A DNA stretch of 64,000 nucleotides. Source: Lama glama (lineage: Eukaryota). Position numbers and translations under genes: made by a program. Under the pieces are notes generated by a model. The model had not been told where the DNA came from and searched no databases. It saw only the letters and a list, made by a program, of their open reading frames with translations. Positions 1-13,200 of the stretch are shown piece by piece. The DNA lies in contig CM052825.1 in the NCBI GenBank assembly GCA_028534125.1, positions 24,800,001 to 24,864,000 on the forward strand, read 5' to 3'. The stretch's first letter is position 1. Every line of letters starts with the position of its first letter.

Positions 1-3000
1 CCTGGGATGTGCACCGGGCCATGATGCAGGGGCTAAGCCCTGTGTGGGGAGGGCAGGGGAGCACTACCATTGTCCATCAGATGGGAAGCCCTGAGCACCT
101 TTAGCTGAACACTACCAGTTTGGTGGTGGAAGCAGGGATCCCCCCACCCCAGCTCCTGCTCAGAGCAAGAAAGATCAGAGCCTGAATGAAACACTTCCCT
201 GGGAGGCTGGTGCTCCTACCTGTGAGGATGTCTGATCTGGAAGGCAGGGGGAATTGGGACAGCCCCAGTGTGGGGGGCAGACTGGGCTTCCCAGCAACTA
301 CTGGGGCACTGTCGGGGAAGGGAAGGAAGTCCCAGGTATATGGGGCGGAACAGGGCTCTTCACTCCTCTCCCAACACAGTTATACCTGTCTCAGAGCAGG
401 AGAGGGAACAGAGGAGGAGGGGACATGCCAGCTATGGAATGTGCTGTCTCAGTCCAGTGCTGAGGGCAGTTGAGGGCCAGCTTCCCAGCCTGTCCCTGGT
501 GACCAGGATGGTGACACATGTCTGGTGCTGTCGTAGTGTGTGCCTGTTCCCAGGTGGTGTGTGTGGTCCCCAGGTCACCACTCCCCCTGAGCTGGTGTGA
601 CCCCTTCAGCCTTGGGGTCCCTGGGAGTTGTTGACTTGGGCCTTGGAGGGACCTGGGAGGGTCCAGATGGCCCAGAGGGTAGACCCTGCTTGACCCGGGA
701 CCTCTCGGGTGTTGTCTAGTCAGGCCACTGGCTCTCCTCCCAGTGGGGGCTGGCCGCCATGGTGCTTGGCCAATCTCTCCTGCTTCTGCCGGCTCTGCTG
801 GGCTCCTTGAGGTCCTTTAGGTGGCTCCCTGGGCCCCCCTCCCCCGCTTTGTAGGACATGGAGAACTCAAGTGTGGGGGCAGGGCGTCAGACTGTGATGA
901 TGTCACCTAGGGGGTGCAGAGGAAACCCGAGGGGCTGGAGAGGGGGTGGGCTGGCCGACGGCCACCTTGGCGTTCCCCCAGAACAGTGACAGCAAAAGCA
1001 GATGGGGATGTGGAAAACTGGCTGTTAGGGCCATGGGGCTGGGTGAGGACTCCATTGGTATTCGCCTCCAGTGTCCCCTCCAGAGCCCTTCTTCCAGTGT
1101 CCTCCCTGCCCCCTATCCCTCCCAGTGGACATGGGTTTTACCCATGGTGTGCGCCGTGCAGACATTCTCACAGCCCTGGGCCGGCGGGGCCTGTGGTGCA
1201 TGTCCTGGTTCTGCCCTCAGGCCACAGGAGCTTTGCGGGGCAGGGTCCCCAGGCAAAGCTCCTGTTTTCTCTGCACTGTGGGCCATGGCCAGGCCCAGGT
1301 GAATCCTGGGGAGAAGGGGCCCATTGGGGCCTGTAGCATGGAGCACGTGGCCGGAGCACGTGGCCAGAGCCCGTGACAGGGTGAGGCTGTCTTCTGTTGC
1401 TCTAGGGGAGCCTCCGTGGTACAGAGCTGGGCCGAGGATGGCCTGGAGCCATGGGCCAATGAGGCCAGGGATGGTGGTGTCCTGCCAGCGTGGGTGCTGG
1501 CTGAGTGGCTGGGACACTGAGGTTGACCTGGCCCCTACCTCCTGTCCTGATTTCTCTGGCACCACAGATGGCTCCCAGCAGCTGCCACTCATGATGGATT
1601 TTCCAGAAAATGGGATGTGGAAAAACATTTTAGGGATTTTCCTTTTTTCCTCTTCTGCTAGAAGGCTGAGAAGCTGTCCCTGGCGCCCCTGGCGGGTGTT
1701 ACATGCCTGTACTTACCCTGATGTCTCACAGTCCCCCAGGCCTCCTCCCCAGGTCATCTTACTGCCTAGGGCTGTTGCTTCTCAGGCTCCTACCACCCAG
1801 TTTCTCAGAGGTTCAGATTCCACAGCTGTCCTTGCTTCAGCCACTAGGAAGTCCCTGCTGGGGTCTAACTGAAGTTCCTCGTGGCACAGCCGTCCCTACT
1901 ACAGAGTGTGGTACGGGACATTAGATGGAATCTGGGTGCCTTTCCTTGGTCTCCTGGCCTGTCTCACACCCTCCGCATGGTGTAGACACCCCACCAGCCT
2001 AGCTGTGGGCACACATTCTCATATGCCATGGTGAGGGGCCTCAGCTTGTGCTGGAAGAGACTGTGTGTCCCTTTTTTTTTTTTCCTGAAGTAGATGTGAC
2101 TGTCCTAAATTGTTTTATCAAGTAAGAGTTTTACAGACACTGCTACATGAGCGGTATCAGTGGAGCTAGAGAGCATTGAGCCTTCCCTAGGCTGTGGGCA
2201 AGAACTAGCAGCGCTGTGCTGGGACCTGCCCTCCTCACCACTCAGCTCTCGTGGCCTTATGGCTGTCAATCCTGCATCCTCGGTTTGTGATCTGCTGGGT
2301 GTCAGGATTCCTTCTGGAGGCTTTGTGGCACGGATCAGGGAGAATAAACTCAAAGAATTTGTATGTGAAATCTTTGTCAACCAGTAAGCTCGCTGCTCAA
2401 CAACAGACTGAGGGCTTTGAGCAAACTTAACACTATGAGGGACGCATGGGCTCCCTAAGGACCTGCAGCCACCATGCCCCTTGGGTTCCATACCTAACAT
2501 GACTGGCTTGTGTCCCAATGGTTGGGCTGGCTGGGGTGGGGCCGCCCACAGTACCCCCTGGAAATAAATGGGCTGCTGCGTCCTCTGCTGCTCTGGGACT
2601 TGCTCGCAAGTGCCCAGCTCAGCTTACCCAATGGCACTGCCAGATGGAAGGGGACGACTTTTCCTCCCCATATGTGAGGGGGATGAAGGAAGCTAGGCTC
2701 CATGGTGGGGCACAGAGGTGACCTGCCAGAAGGTCCTGTCCCCGTGTTCCCTCGTCCCCAAAAGCCTCTGCTCCTGGAGTTCCTGGAACCCATGCCTGGG
2801 CATGGGCGCCCTGTTCACAGCCCTTCGGGGAGGGGACTTATATTTGCGTGCACGCACGCTCTCTCTCTAGGTAGGAGACTGAGAAGCTCAGTGAGATTGT
2901 CTGGGGTACCTAGCTCAGGTGAAGTGCTGCCGTTTTGAGCTTGTCGCTGGGACAGAGCCTCTGCCAAGTCAGGCATTGCCCCTCATCCCCACCCAGGCCT

Positions 3001-4177
3001 GCATAGTCAGGACACCCATCAGAGCAGTGGTGGGGCTGCAGGTCCTCCAGGCTGAAGCCTCCACCCCTATTGGGTCCCAGCAGGAGCTCCAGCCCCACCC
3101 CTGCTCTGTGGGACCCCTGTCCAGTGTCTCAGAGGTCCCACTACTGGGAGGACCCTGCCCCCTGTTGTGCTGCCCTTCCCACTGTGCCTGAGGTTCTACT
3201 CACAGCCCCTGTTGAGGAAGCCTCGGCTCAGTGGAGGACTGTGGTCTTGCCCACCTACTGCCTGTGCCCTCCTGACTGAGGCCTTAGGAAGCCAGCATCA
3301 GCTGAACATGTCATGTCCACGTGCTGTCGCTTGGCGCCGAGTTTCCCAGTGGCTGCCCCACTATGTGGAAGGGGGACCAGGCTCCCAGGGGTTAGCTGAC
3401 TGCATCCACAGTCCCCCTTCCCTCACCCACTCTGGGCCTGGCTCCCCCCCCGTCAATCACCTGCGGGCCAGTGGTGCCCTCCAGAAGTCCCCCAGGTGGC
3501 CATTTAAATTGCTAGTGCTTTCCCTAGCTTGTAATTTGTTTTCTGATTTTATGATATTTTGTGTGGAAGTTGTGTTTTTAAATGCAGTTGGAGCTTTTGG
3601 GTTTTGATGTTTTCTTTAGGTTCACGCTTTGAAAACCTGTGACTCTCCTGTGTTCAGTTCTCTGATGTGCTTACATTGACTTTGAGTCCCTAGTGTTATC
3701 GAGATACGGCTCTGACTCTGATGCCTGGACCCCAGGGCTTAACGTGGGCCGTCACTGTTGCTCTGACATGGGTTCATCCACCAGAACTTCCTCATTGTTT
3801 ATCTCATCTTTGTGCCCACTGTGTCTCAGTACCATCCCTCCCACCCCCCACCCTCCATAGCTGGCAGCATCTGGGCCCCCACCCTGGAGACCACTAGACT
3901 GCCTTGTATGTTCTGAACCCTGTGTGGAGGGGTAAAGTCTGCCCTCCATGGTGCATTTCCACCCTTCTGGGCCAGGGGGCAGGGGGCAGGAGAGGAGGGT
4001 GGAGGATCTAGCTCTCAGGTTCCCAGATGAGAGTTCATTCAGATCTTCTTTCCCTGGCCCTGGCAATAAGGCCTGGAGGGTGGGAGGCTACAGCTGGAGG
4101 GCTTCTGGCGTGGCCTGGGGTCAGCTTTGTACCCAGCCCTGGGCTCCAACCTTGACCTGCACTGCTTTGCTCCCCAG

Positions 4178-4249
4178 AGACATCTCCCACAACCTGCTCC
4201 AGGCACTGGACAGCGGGTTCCTGGCGAACCTCTCGGCGCTGACAGAGCT
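4178..4249 (+). CDS. PKD1: PKD1 exon 2 (72 nt, LRR)
   Basis: ccccag|...|gtgagt; DISHNLLQALDSGFLANLSALTEL. Confidence 0.95.
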
Positions 4250-7200
4250 GTGAGTGTCCCCTCCAGGGCGGCTGTGGGATTCTAAGTGGGCAGGTGGCAG
4301 CTGCCTGTCCCCAGTGCGGTTGTTGGGGCCCTGATCCAACCGTGTTGAACCTCCCCTTTCTTACAGGGACATAAGCGACAATAAGATTTCTACATTAGAA
4401 GAAGGAATATTTGCTAATTTATTTAATTTAAGTGAAATGTAAGTTTTGTTGTTTTTGGTGGTTGTTGGTGGCTGGGCCCATGGCCCCCAACACCTGCCTC
4501 ACTGCCCGCTGGACGCCTGCCTTGCCCTCTGCCCCCAGAAACCTGAGCGGGAACCCGCTGGAGTGTGACTGTGGTCTGGCCTGGCTGCCGCGCTGGGCGG
4601 AGGAGCAGCAGGTTCGCGTGGTGCGGCCCGAGGCGGCCACATGCTCTGGGCCTGGCCCCCTGGCTGGCCAGCCCCTCCTCAGCGTCCCTCTGCTGGACAG
4701 TGGCTGTGGTGAGTGCGGGTGGGCGGGGTAGACTCAGCCCCTCTCTGCCCGGCAGCTGGGCCAAGTGGGAACCCTGCAGGTTTTCAGGGGTCACCAGTCT
4801 AGGGGTGGCAGACAGGGATCCGGGAGCAGATGCACCTGGGGAACGATTGCAGGGCTGAGACAGACTGACCTGGTGAGAAGTCAGCAAGGCCCTCTGGACC
4901 AGGGGATGGTGTGAGTGGGAGGTGGGGAGACCAGCCTGGAGGTGGGGGTGAGTGCCATGCAGCCGTTGGAGGGTCGCGAGTGATGTGATCTGGGACCTGG
5001 AATGGGGACAGAGAGGCAGCAGGGGTGGGGTGCGCCTGTGGGACCCACCTGCCTTCCCCTTCTAGGTGAGGAGTACATCGCCTGTGTCCCTGACGACAGC
5101 TCGGGCGCCGTGGTGCTGCTGGCCTTCTCAGCTGCCCATGAGGGCCCGCTGGCAACTGAGGCCTGCAGCGCCTTCTGCTTCGTGGCTGGCCAGGACCTCG
5201 CAGCCCTCTCCGAGCAGGGCCGGTGCCTGTGTGGGGCGGCCCAGCCCCCCAATGCCTCTTCTGCCTGCCTGCCCTTCTGCTCCAGCCCCCCGCTGCCCCC
5301 CACCCCCACCTGTGGGGGCCCCACCCTTCTCCAGAACATCTTCCCTGCCTCCCCAGGGGCTGCCCTGGTGGGGCCCCGAGGACCCCTGGCCTCTGGTCAG
5401 CCAGCAGCCTTCCATGTGTCTGCCCCACTGCCTGTTAGCTCCACCCGCTGGGACTTTGGCGATGGCTCCCCTGAGGTGGATGTTGCTGGCCAGGAGGCTA
5501 ATCACTGCTACATGCTGCCTGGGCACTATCATGTGACAGCTGTGCTGGCCCTGGGGGATGGCTCTGCTCGATTGGGGGCGGAGGTACAGGTGGAGGCCGC
5601 TCCCGCAGCCCTGGAGCTCATCTGTCTGGCCTCGGTGCGCAGTGACGAGACCCTGCAGTTCGGGGTCCGAAACCGAGGCGGCTCCAGCCTCCAGGCTGCC
5701 TACAGCATCGTAGCCCTGGGAGAGGAGCCAGCCCAAGGTGGGGCCACCCCGCCAGTGGGCCCAAGTCAGGGAGGGGCAGCCTCCGTGGGGCACATGTTAA
5801 TGTCTTTCTGCCCTCTGCTCCTCCCCACCAGTGGTGCATCCGCTCTGCCCCTCGGACACTGAGATCTTCCCTGGTAATGGGCACTGCTACCGCCTGGTGG
5901 CAGAGAAGGCAGCCTGGCTGCAGGCGCAGGAGCGGTGCCGGTCCTGGGCTGGGGCTGCCCTGGCCATGGTGGACAGTCCTGCTGTCCAGCACTTCCTGGT
6001 CTCCCGTGTCACCAGGTGCCTGTCCAAGTGCTTCTGGTCCTCAGAGAGGCTGGGAGGTAGAGGGGTCCCTAGAATGCTGGGATGGGGACGGAGCCTGAGC
6101 AGATCGGGGCATCTGGAGGGGCCAGCCGGCCGGCCTGTTGGCTCTCCTGATACAGATGTGGACACAGAGGTGGAGGATGTGCCAGCTGTTGGAGGTGCAC
6201 CCTAGACCCTGTCTCCCATCTGTCCCATGCCAGGCCCCTCTTGGCAGGGGCAGGCAAGATTCTGGTGTGACTGAGGAGGCTTCCCTGCTTTCTGCTCCGC
6301 ACACTACCCACTACTGGGCGCTCAGTGCTGCCGCACGCTGCCCACACACAGGGCCTCTTAAACGCACTCACTGCCCAGGCCTGTGAGGAAGCATGCTTGG
6401 TAGTATAGTCACCGTGGGTAGCCCCACCGGGTCTCAGCTTGGCCCTCAGCACCTGCCATGGCTGGTGGCAGGAGGGGTGGAGGCTGAACCCCCTTCTCTC
6501 CTGGGGTCCCTGCTTGGGAATGGGCTGAAGAGACTGTGCATCACCCTGAATGTCCTCAGTGTCCGGAGCGGGAAACCAAGGCCTGAGCGGTCAGAGCCCC
6601 TGCCCAGGGTCACGTGGTTAAGGGCCCAGCTCTGGCCACAGCGCTTCACTCCCCTTCCTGTGCCTGTCCCTGTCCCTCTGTCCCTCTGCCTATCTCTGTC
6701 CACGTGTATATCCCCGTCCTTGTATCTACAAACCTTGCCTCCAGGAGGGTCTTTGCCTTGACAGAGCTGTGGGGGCTGATATGTGGATGTCTTGGTCCCC
6801 AAATACTGCACCTGGAGCCTCCCCTCAGCACATGGGTCAGATCTGCAGGGCCCTTGTCCAGATGGCGATGGGGCCCTGTGGGGATCTCTCAGCTGGGCCC
6901 CTGGCCCTTTGGGATGGGTGGTTGGGTAGGCACTGCTGTGGGCCCTGCTTGCCACATCATATCTCTGAGCCTCAGTTTCCCCATTTGGAAGGTAGAGACA
7001 GATGGGGCCCACCTGATCAACTGCTTTGAGGAGGTGCCCTCAGAAAGAGGGAAGATGGGAGATGCTTGTCTCTGGGGAGCCCCTGAGTGCCTGCCCTTCC
7101 CACTGTCTGCCTGCAGGAGCCTGGACGTGTGGATCGGCTTCTCTGCTGTGGAGGGAGCTGAGGTGGGCCCAGCGCCGCAGGGCGAGGCCTTCAGCCTGGA

Positions 7201-10200
7201 AAGCTGCCAGAACTGGCTGCCGGGGGAGCCACACCCTGCCACGGCTGAGCGCTGTGTGAGGCTTGGGCCTGCTGGGCAGTGCAACACGGACCTGTGCTCA
7301 GTGCCGCACAGCTATGTCTGTGAGCTGCAGCCTGGAGGTTCGCTGGGGCCCCTGGGGGCTGGGGAGCACCTGCTGCCCTGGCTCAAGACACCCCTTCCCC
7401 CCTAAAGCACATGGGGTCTCCTGGCCACACTGGGAGCCCCCCGGTCCCGGCCAGGACAGCTGCCACCTGGCACCACAGGTTCATTCCTTAGCTGTTCAGT
7501 GTTGGTTAGGTGTTTGCTGAGTGCCTTCTGTCCTGGACCAGATGAAACAGGTGAAGGGAGCCAGGGGCTGTTGCCAGGTGGCTCAGTCCCAGGTCTGGCC
7601 CCACCCTGGGCCCCCAACACTCTATTCTTCCGCTGGGGACCAGCACCTCATTGCACACTTGCACTCCAGGCCCCGTGCGGGATGCAGAGAACTTCCTCGT
7701 GGGAGCACCCAGGGGGGACCTGCAGGGGCCCCTGAGCCCCCTGGCACAGCAGGAGGCCCTCTCAGCCCCCCGGGAGCCCGTCGAGGTAGGCTGGCCCCCT
7801 GGCCCTCCAGGATGCAGTCTAGAGACTGTGCCTCACCCTGGCTGCTGTCTGTCTTTGAGAAACCAGAAGCCTTGTTATGGTCCTGTGTCCAGTAGAGAGT
7901 TTAGAAACCCCAGCACAGTGCAGAGAGTAGAAGGCCCCTATCCTGGTGTCTGGGAGAGCCCCAAATGCTCCTGAGCCTTTTGTCTTGGTGCTTGGGGACT
8001 TTTTGAAAATGAAGGTGGGGTTCCTATTACTCACAGATGGTTTTGAACTGATTTTTTCTCCCGAGTGACATTATTTCCCACTGTGTGAAACAAGGCTCAT
8101 GGGGGCCTCTTGAAGGCCCATCTCGTGGCTTCTCCCCTCTGACCTGGTGGGTGTTTGGGCCTTGGGGTAGGGCCAGGCTGAGGGCCAGGGTCTGTGGAGC
8201 TGAGCGGCCCCCCTGCCCCGCTAGGTGATGGTGTTCCCTGGCCTGAGCCTGAGCCGTGAAGCCTTCCTCACTTCTGCTGAGTTTGGGACCCAGGATCTCA
8301 GCCAGCCCGCCCAGCTGCGGCTGCAGGTGTACCGGCCCGTGGAAGGAGCAGGTGGGACTCCATCCTGGCAGTGGGAATTGGGGGACTCACACGACTCTCG
8401 GCAGTGTTGTATCTGCTTACCCCTCACCCACTGGACTGGTCTCCAGCCTCAAGGTGGACAGAGTGGGGTCCACAGAGAAGCCACCTTATCCTGGGGATCC
8501 CAAGGACAGATTGGGTGGGCCTGCCTGGGTGAAGGACTCACCAAGGTCAGTCACCTGACCTGGTGTCAGGGTTAGAGGAGTGATGGTGGGGGCTAGGGGT
8601 ACTGCCTGGCAAAACCTTGTGTCCTAGTGGGATGCCTGACCCCACTTCCTTTCCTTGTAGGGGCCCCAGAAAACATCAGTGATCCCCAGAGTAGGTCCCT
8701 GGAGAACAGGACTGAGCCAGCCCCTTCATGTATACCGGAAGAACACCAGTGCCCCAGATCCAACATCTGTCTGCCGCTGGATGCCCCCTGCCACCTCCAG
8801 GCCTGTGCCAATGGGTCCACATCAGGGCTGGGGCTCCCTGATGTCTCCTATGCACTGTGGAAAGAGTTCCTCTTCTCCGTGCCTGCAGGTCCCCCCACCC
8901 AGTACTCGGTGTGTGTCACTGGCCTGGGTGCTTTCTGCCTTTCCTTTAGCTGCCTGAGATCCAGGTCTCCTCATTAAACACAGACAAAATGCAAATTCTT
9001 CCGCACAGCCCACCAGGTCCCTTGTCCCCTCTCCCATGTGGCAGTGGCTGCCTTCATCTCCTGACATAGGACGCTTCTGCCCCCGGGCCTTGGCACTTGC
9101 CTTTTAATGAGGACTCTCCCCCTTTCTGGGTGTGGTTTGCTCTTTCCCATCATTGAAGTCTTGGCCACAAGTGTCCCTGTCCAGAGAAGCCCCAACCCTG
9201 CTTACATACTCTGCTGTGTGTGTTCCATCTGTCCCTGCCTTGAGTGTCAAGGGGGTCCCTGCAAAGCCTGGTGGCGTATGAGTGACTGACGAGTGTTAAG
9301 ACCCCTGTAGGGGGGTGACTCTGGATTACCCCCAGGGGGATCTTGCTTGCCTACTGGAACCCCAGACCAGTGTTCCCCTATAGGCCCCTATCAGTGGTGG
9401 CCCACTGTGAGAACCTGACATGGCCCCACCTCCCTCTCCTGTAGGTCACCTTCCATGGCCAAGACAGCCCCCTGCTCCCTGGTGACCTCATCAGCTTGCA
9501 ACATGATGCTGGACCAGGCACCTTCCTGCACTGCCCCCAGGCACTCGGCCACCCTGGCCCCGAGGTCCCATACTTCTTCACCAACGTCTCAGCCTGGCTG
9601 GCCCACCTGCCTGCCCAGCTAGAGGTGGCCCCGACTGGCCCTGCTTGTGCCCTGCGGCTGCTTGCTGCCACAGAGCAGCTCACCCCTCTGCTAGGCCTGA
9701 GCCCCAACCCGGGGCTGCAGCAGCCCGGGCACTATGAGGTCAGGGCCACAGTGGGCAACCACGTGTCCAGGCAGAACCTGTCCTGCAGCTTTGATGTGCT
9801 TTCCCCGGTGGCCGGGCTTCGGGTCATCTACCCCACCCCCGACGACAGCCGCATCTTCATGCCCACCAATGGCTCGCTCATGGTGCTCCAGGTGGACTCC
9901 GGTGCCAATGCCACGGCTACAGTACGCTGGCCAGGGGGCAATGTCAGCGCACCCTTTGAGGCCACTTGCCCTACCACGGTGGCTGCCCTGGTGCCTGGCT
10001 GTACCCACGAGGCCAACGCCACCCTATTCTCGGTGCTGGAGTTGCCCAGGCTCAGTGAGGGTGAACATGAGGTGGACATTGTGGTGGAGAATGGTGCCGG
10101 CCGAGCCGACCTCAGCCTGCAGGTGAAGGCTGAGGAGCCCATCCGTGGCCTCCGCGCCATGCCCAGCCCTGAGGCCCGCGTGCTGCAGGGTGTCTTGGTG

Positions 10201-13200
10201 GTGAGTGGCTGGAGGGTCGACCCAACCCCTATTGAGACGAGTTGCTTTTGCAGAGGGCAGCCCCTCCCCAGTGAAGAAAGCACTTGGTCGCCAGGGACAG
10301 TGGGCTCTGTGTCAGTTTCTGGGAAGGTCCTGTCAGGTGGCTTCTCAGGCTGTTCATTGATTCGTACGTTACTGGAAAGTCACCTCTAAAACAGTTGCTC
10401 TGAAAATGCTTCCTTCTGCTCTCACATTTTTCTGAACAAATCATTGAGTTTCTCACCCAGCTCTGACCTCACCGATCCTGGGTATGTTTTCAGAGCCCCT
10501 GCTATATCCCCATGTGGCTAGTGAGCACTTTTTGAGGGGAGGGTCTGATGCCATCTGGCCACTGTTGGTGCCACTTTGGGTGCCCACCTGCACAAGGCAG
10601 CCACCAGTTATGCAGCCTTTGCACAGGGGCCATTGTACAATTTGTGTCCCCTGGCTTCCTGTGGTCACACCTGTTCTATCAGGTGATGCAGGTAAACATC
10701 AAGAATCATGGGGCCCATTGAGATGAACATGCCTTCCCAGATAACACTGTGCTGTCCAGCTAAGGGGCCCAAGCAGGAGCCTGGGGGAGAGGTACAGAGA
10801 CTGAGATGGGTGGGCTTTTTGTCACTGGCACTAGGACTGCTCGACAGATGGGGAAACTGGTACAGAGAGGTCAAGGTATAACCAAGACCAAGCTCAGCCC
10901 CACTCCGTGTGGCCCCTCTGGCCAGGAGGGGCCCTGGGGCTCCTTGCCCACCCACTGTCTGCCCTCCCCGTCTCCCTGCTGTAGGATGTCTTGAGGTCCT
11001 GTCCTGGAAGCCCCACAAAGAGCTGTGTCCAGGCGGGTGGACATGGGCTGAGGGCAGAGTTGATCCTCCAAAGATCCTGGGCTGGGGCCAGGGTCAAGAC
11101 CAGCTGACAGTGCCCTTCCCACAGAGGTACAGCCCCGTGGTGGAGGCTGGCTCAGACGTGGTCTTCCGCTGGACCATTGATGACAAGCAGTCCCTGACCT
11201 TTCACAACGTGGTCTTCAATGTCATCTACCAGAGCGCTGCCATCTTCAAGCTCTCGGTGGGCGGGGGCACAGGGGCAGGGCAGGGGCACAGGGGGCAAGG
11301 GCACAGGGGCAGGGCAGGGGCAGGGCGGGCTAGGGTGTCCACTGCTCACCTGTGCCTTCTGTTCTGCTTTGCTCTCGAGGACCCTGTGGTGGCAATGGGT
11401 GAGTGCAGGGCGGGGTGCTGTCCATGCTGCCTTGTGGGATGCTGGCTGCCTGCTCACCACCACCTGTTTCCACAGCTGACAGCCTCCAACCATGTGAGCA
11501 ATGTCACTGTGAACTACAATGTCACTGTGGAGCGGATGCACAGGATGCGGGGCCTGCAGGTATCTGCGCTGCCACTCGTGCTGCCCCCCAATGGCACGCT
11601 GGCACTGGCGGCCCACGTGCTGGTGGACTCGGCTGTGGAGGTGGCCTTCCTGTGAGTGTGTTGGGCCCGGTGGGGAGCAGGGGCTGGGTGAGGCTGGCAC
11701 CAGGTTCTCCCCCAGCCTCCACCTCCTCATCTGTCAGGAGGCGTTAGGTGCCTCAGACCTTGGGAAGGGGCCAGGGGATGCTGGGTGGTGCCCTGAAAGG
11801 AAGTGTAAGGGAAGTGACGGCAGCTGTAGCCAAGCCACTGGGCACCTCCCACTCCCATGGGTGTGGCCAGCCCCTCCCACCCATCCTCCAGCCTGCTCAC
11901 CATCTGCTCTCTTCCCTGGCAGGTGGACCTTCGGGGATGGGGAGCAGGTGATCGGCCAGTTCAAGCCTCCATACAACGAGTCCTTCCAGGTCCCAGACCC
12001 TACAGTGGCCCAGGTGCTGGTGGAGCACAATGCAACACACACCTACACCGTCCCAGGTGAGGGTCAGGCCTACCCTGCCAGCGTCTGACTTGGGCAAGGC
12101 CTGCCCTGGGGTCAGCCTTTCCCTGGGGGACAGCCCCTCTGTCCTGCCTCCCCCCAGTCCAGCCTGGGCTGATGGCCAGGGCCCTTACTAGGGTGAAGAG
12201 TGGGTATCCAGGGGTGGATAGGGCCTCGGAGACCCATGATTCAAGTCTGCTGGCCAGAAACTGGACCTTCCTGTCTCCTCCCCTGAGCCTCTTTGTGAGA
12301 GAAGGGGAGGTTCTTTTTAGTCATTTTTAGAACTCCAGAAGCCACACACACACAGGTGCGGAGTAAACTGGTGCCCCCATAATCTCAGCCCTGTGCCTGT
12401 GCTTGTCCTGTTACTCCAAGTGCGTTCGCACCTGGAGATGGTTGCTCTTCATCTTGTTTCTGCCTCAGCCCTGCGTCTTGCCCTGAGCTGATGGCACCCT
12501 GTGTGCACCTGTTGGGAGGACCACCTGGGCAGTGTCCAAGGGCATTCTCTGTTCACATTTTGGCTGGGCCCTGCTCTGCCCACTCAGGAGGCCCCTTCCC
12601 ACAACACGGGGTTAGGTGGGGAGTCTGCTGAGTAGGTGGTGGTGGCAGCGGTGACGGTGGCTCCGGCCCCATCCCCATCCCCACTCTGGGCCTGTCCCCC
12701 AGGTGAATACAACCTGACCCTGCTTGTGTCCAATGCCTTCGAGAACCTGACGCAGAAGGTGCTTGTGAGTGTGCGTGCCACCCTGCCCACCTTGGCCGTG
12801 GCCATGGGTAGTCATGTCCTGGTGGCTGGCCAGCCTGTTACCTTCTTCCCACACCCACTGCCCTCCCCCGAGGGCGTCCTGTATACATGGGACTTCGGGG
12901 ATGGTTCCCCAGCTGTGACACAGCCCCAGCCAGAGGTCAACCACACGTATGCCTCGAGAGGCATGTACCACATCTGCCTGGAGGTCAACAACACTGTCAG
13001 CAGCACAGTGGCAGGTGTCAGTGTCCGTGTCTTCGAGGAGCTCCGTGGCTTGACTGTGAACCTGAGCCCAGCTGTGGAGCAGGGTGCACCTGTTGTGGTC
13101 AATGCCACCCTGGATTCGGGCGACAACGTCACATGGACTTTCGACATGGGGGATGGCACAGTGCTCACGGGCCCTGAGGCCGTGGTGGAGCACGTGTACC

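Noticed and set aside
3540-3725. Possible C/D-box snoRNA (several CTGA and TGAT motifs)
   Set aside because: No canonical RTGATGA box C with a terminal stem.
1-4177. Many 60-180 aa ORFs in PKD1 intron 1 (and in introns throughout)
   Set aside because: Pro/Gly/Cys/Trp-rich composition typical of non-coding GC-rich DNA, often with non-ATG starts, and no coherent gene structure.
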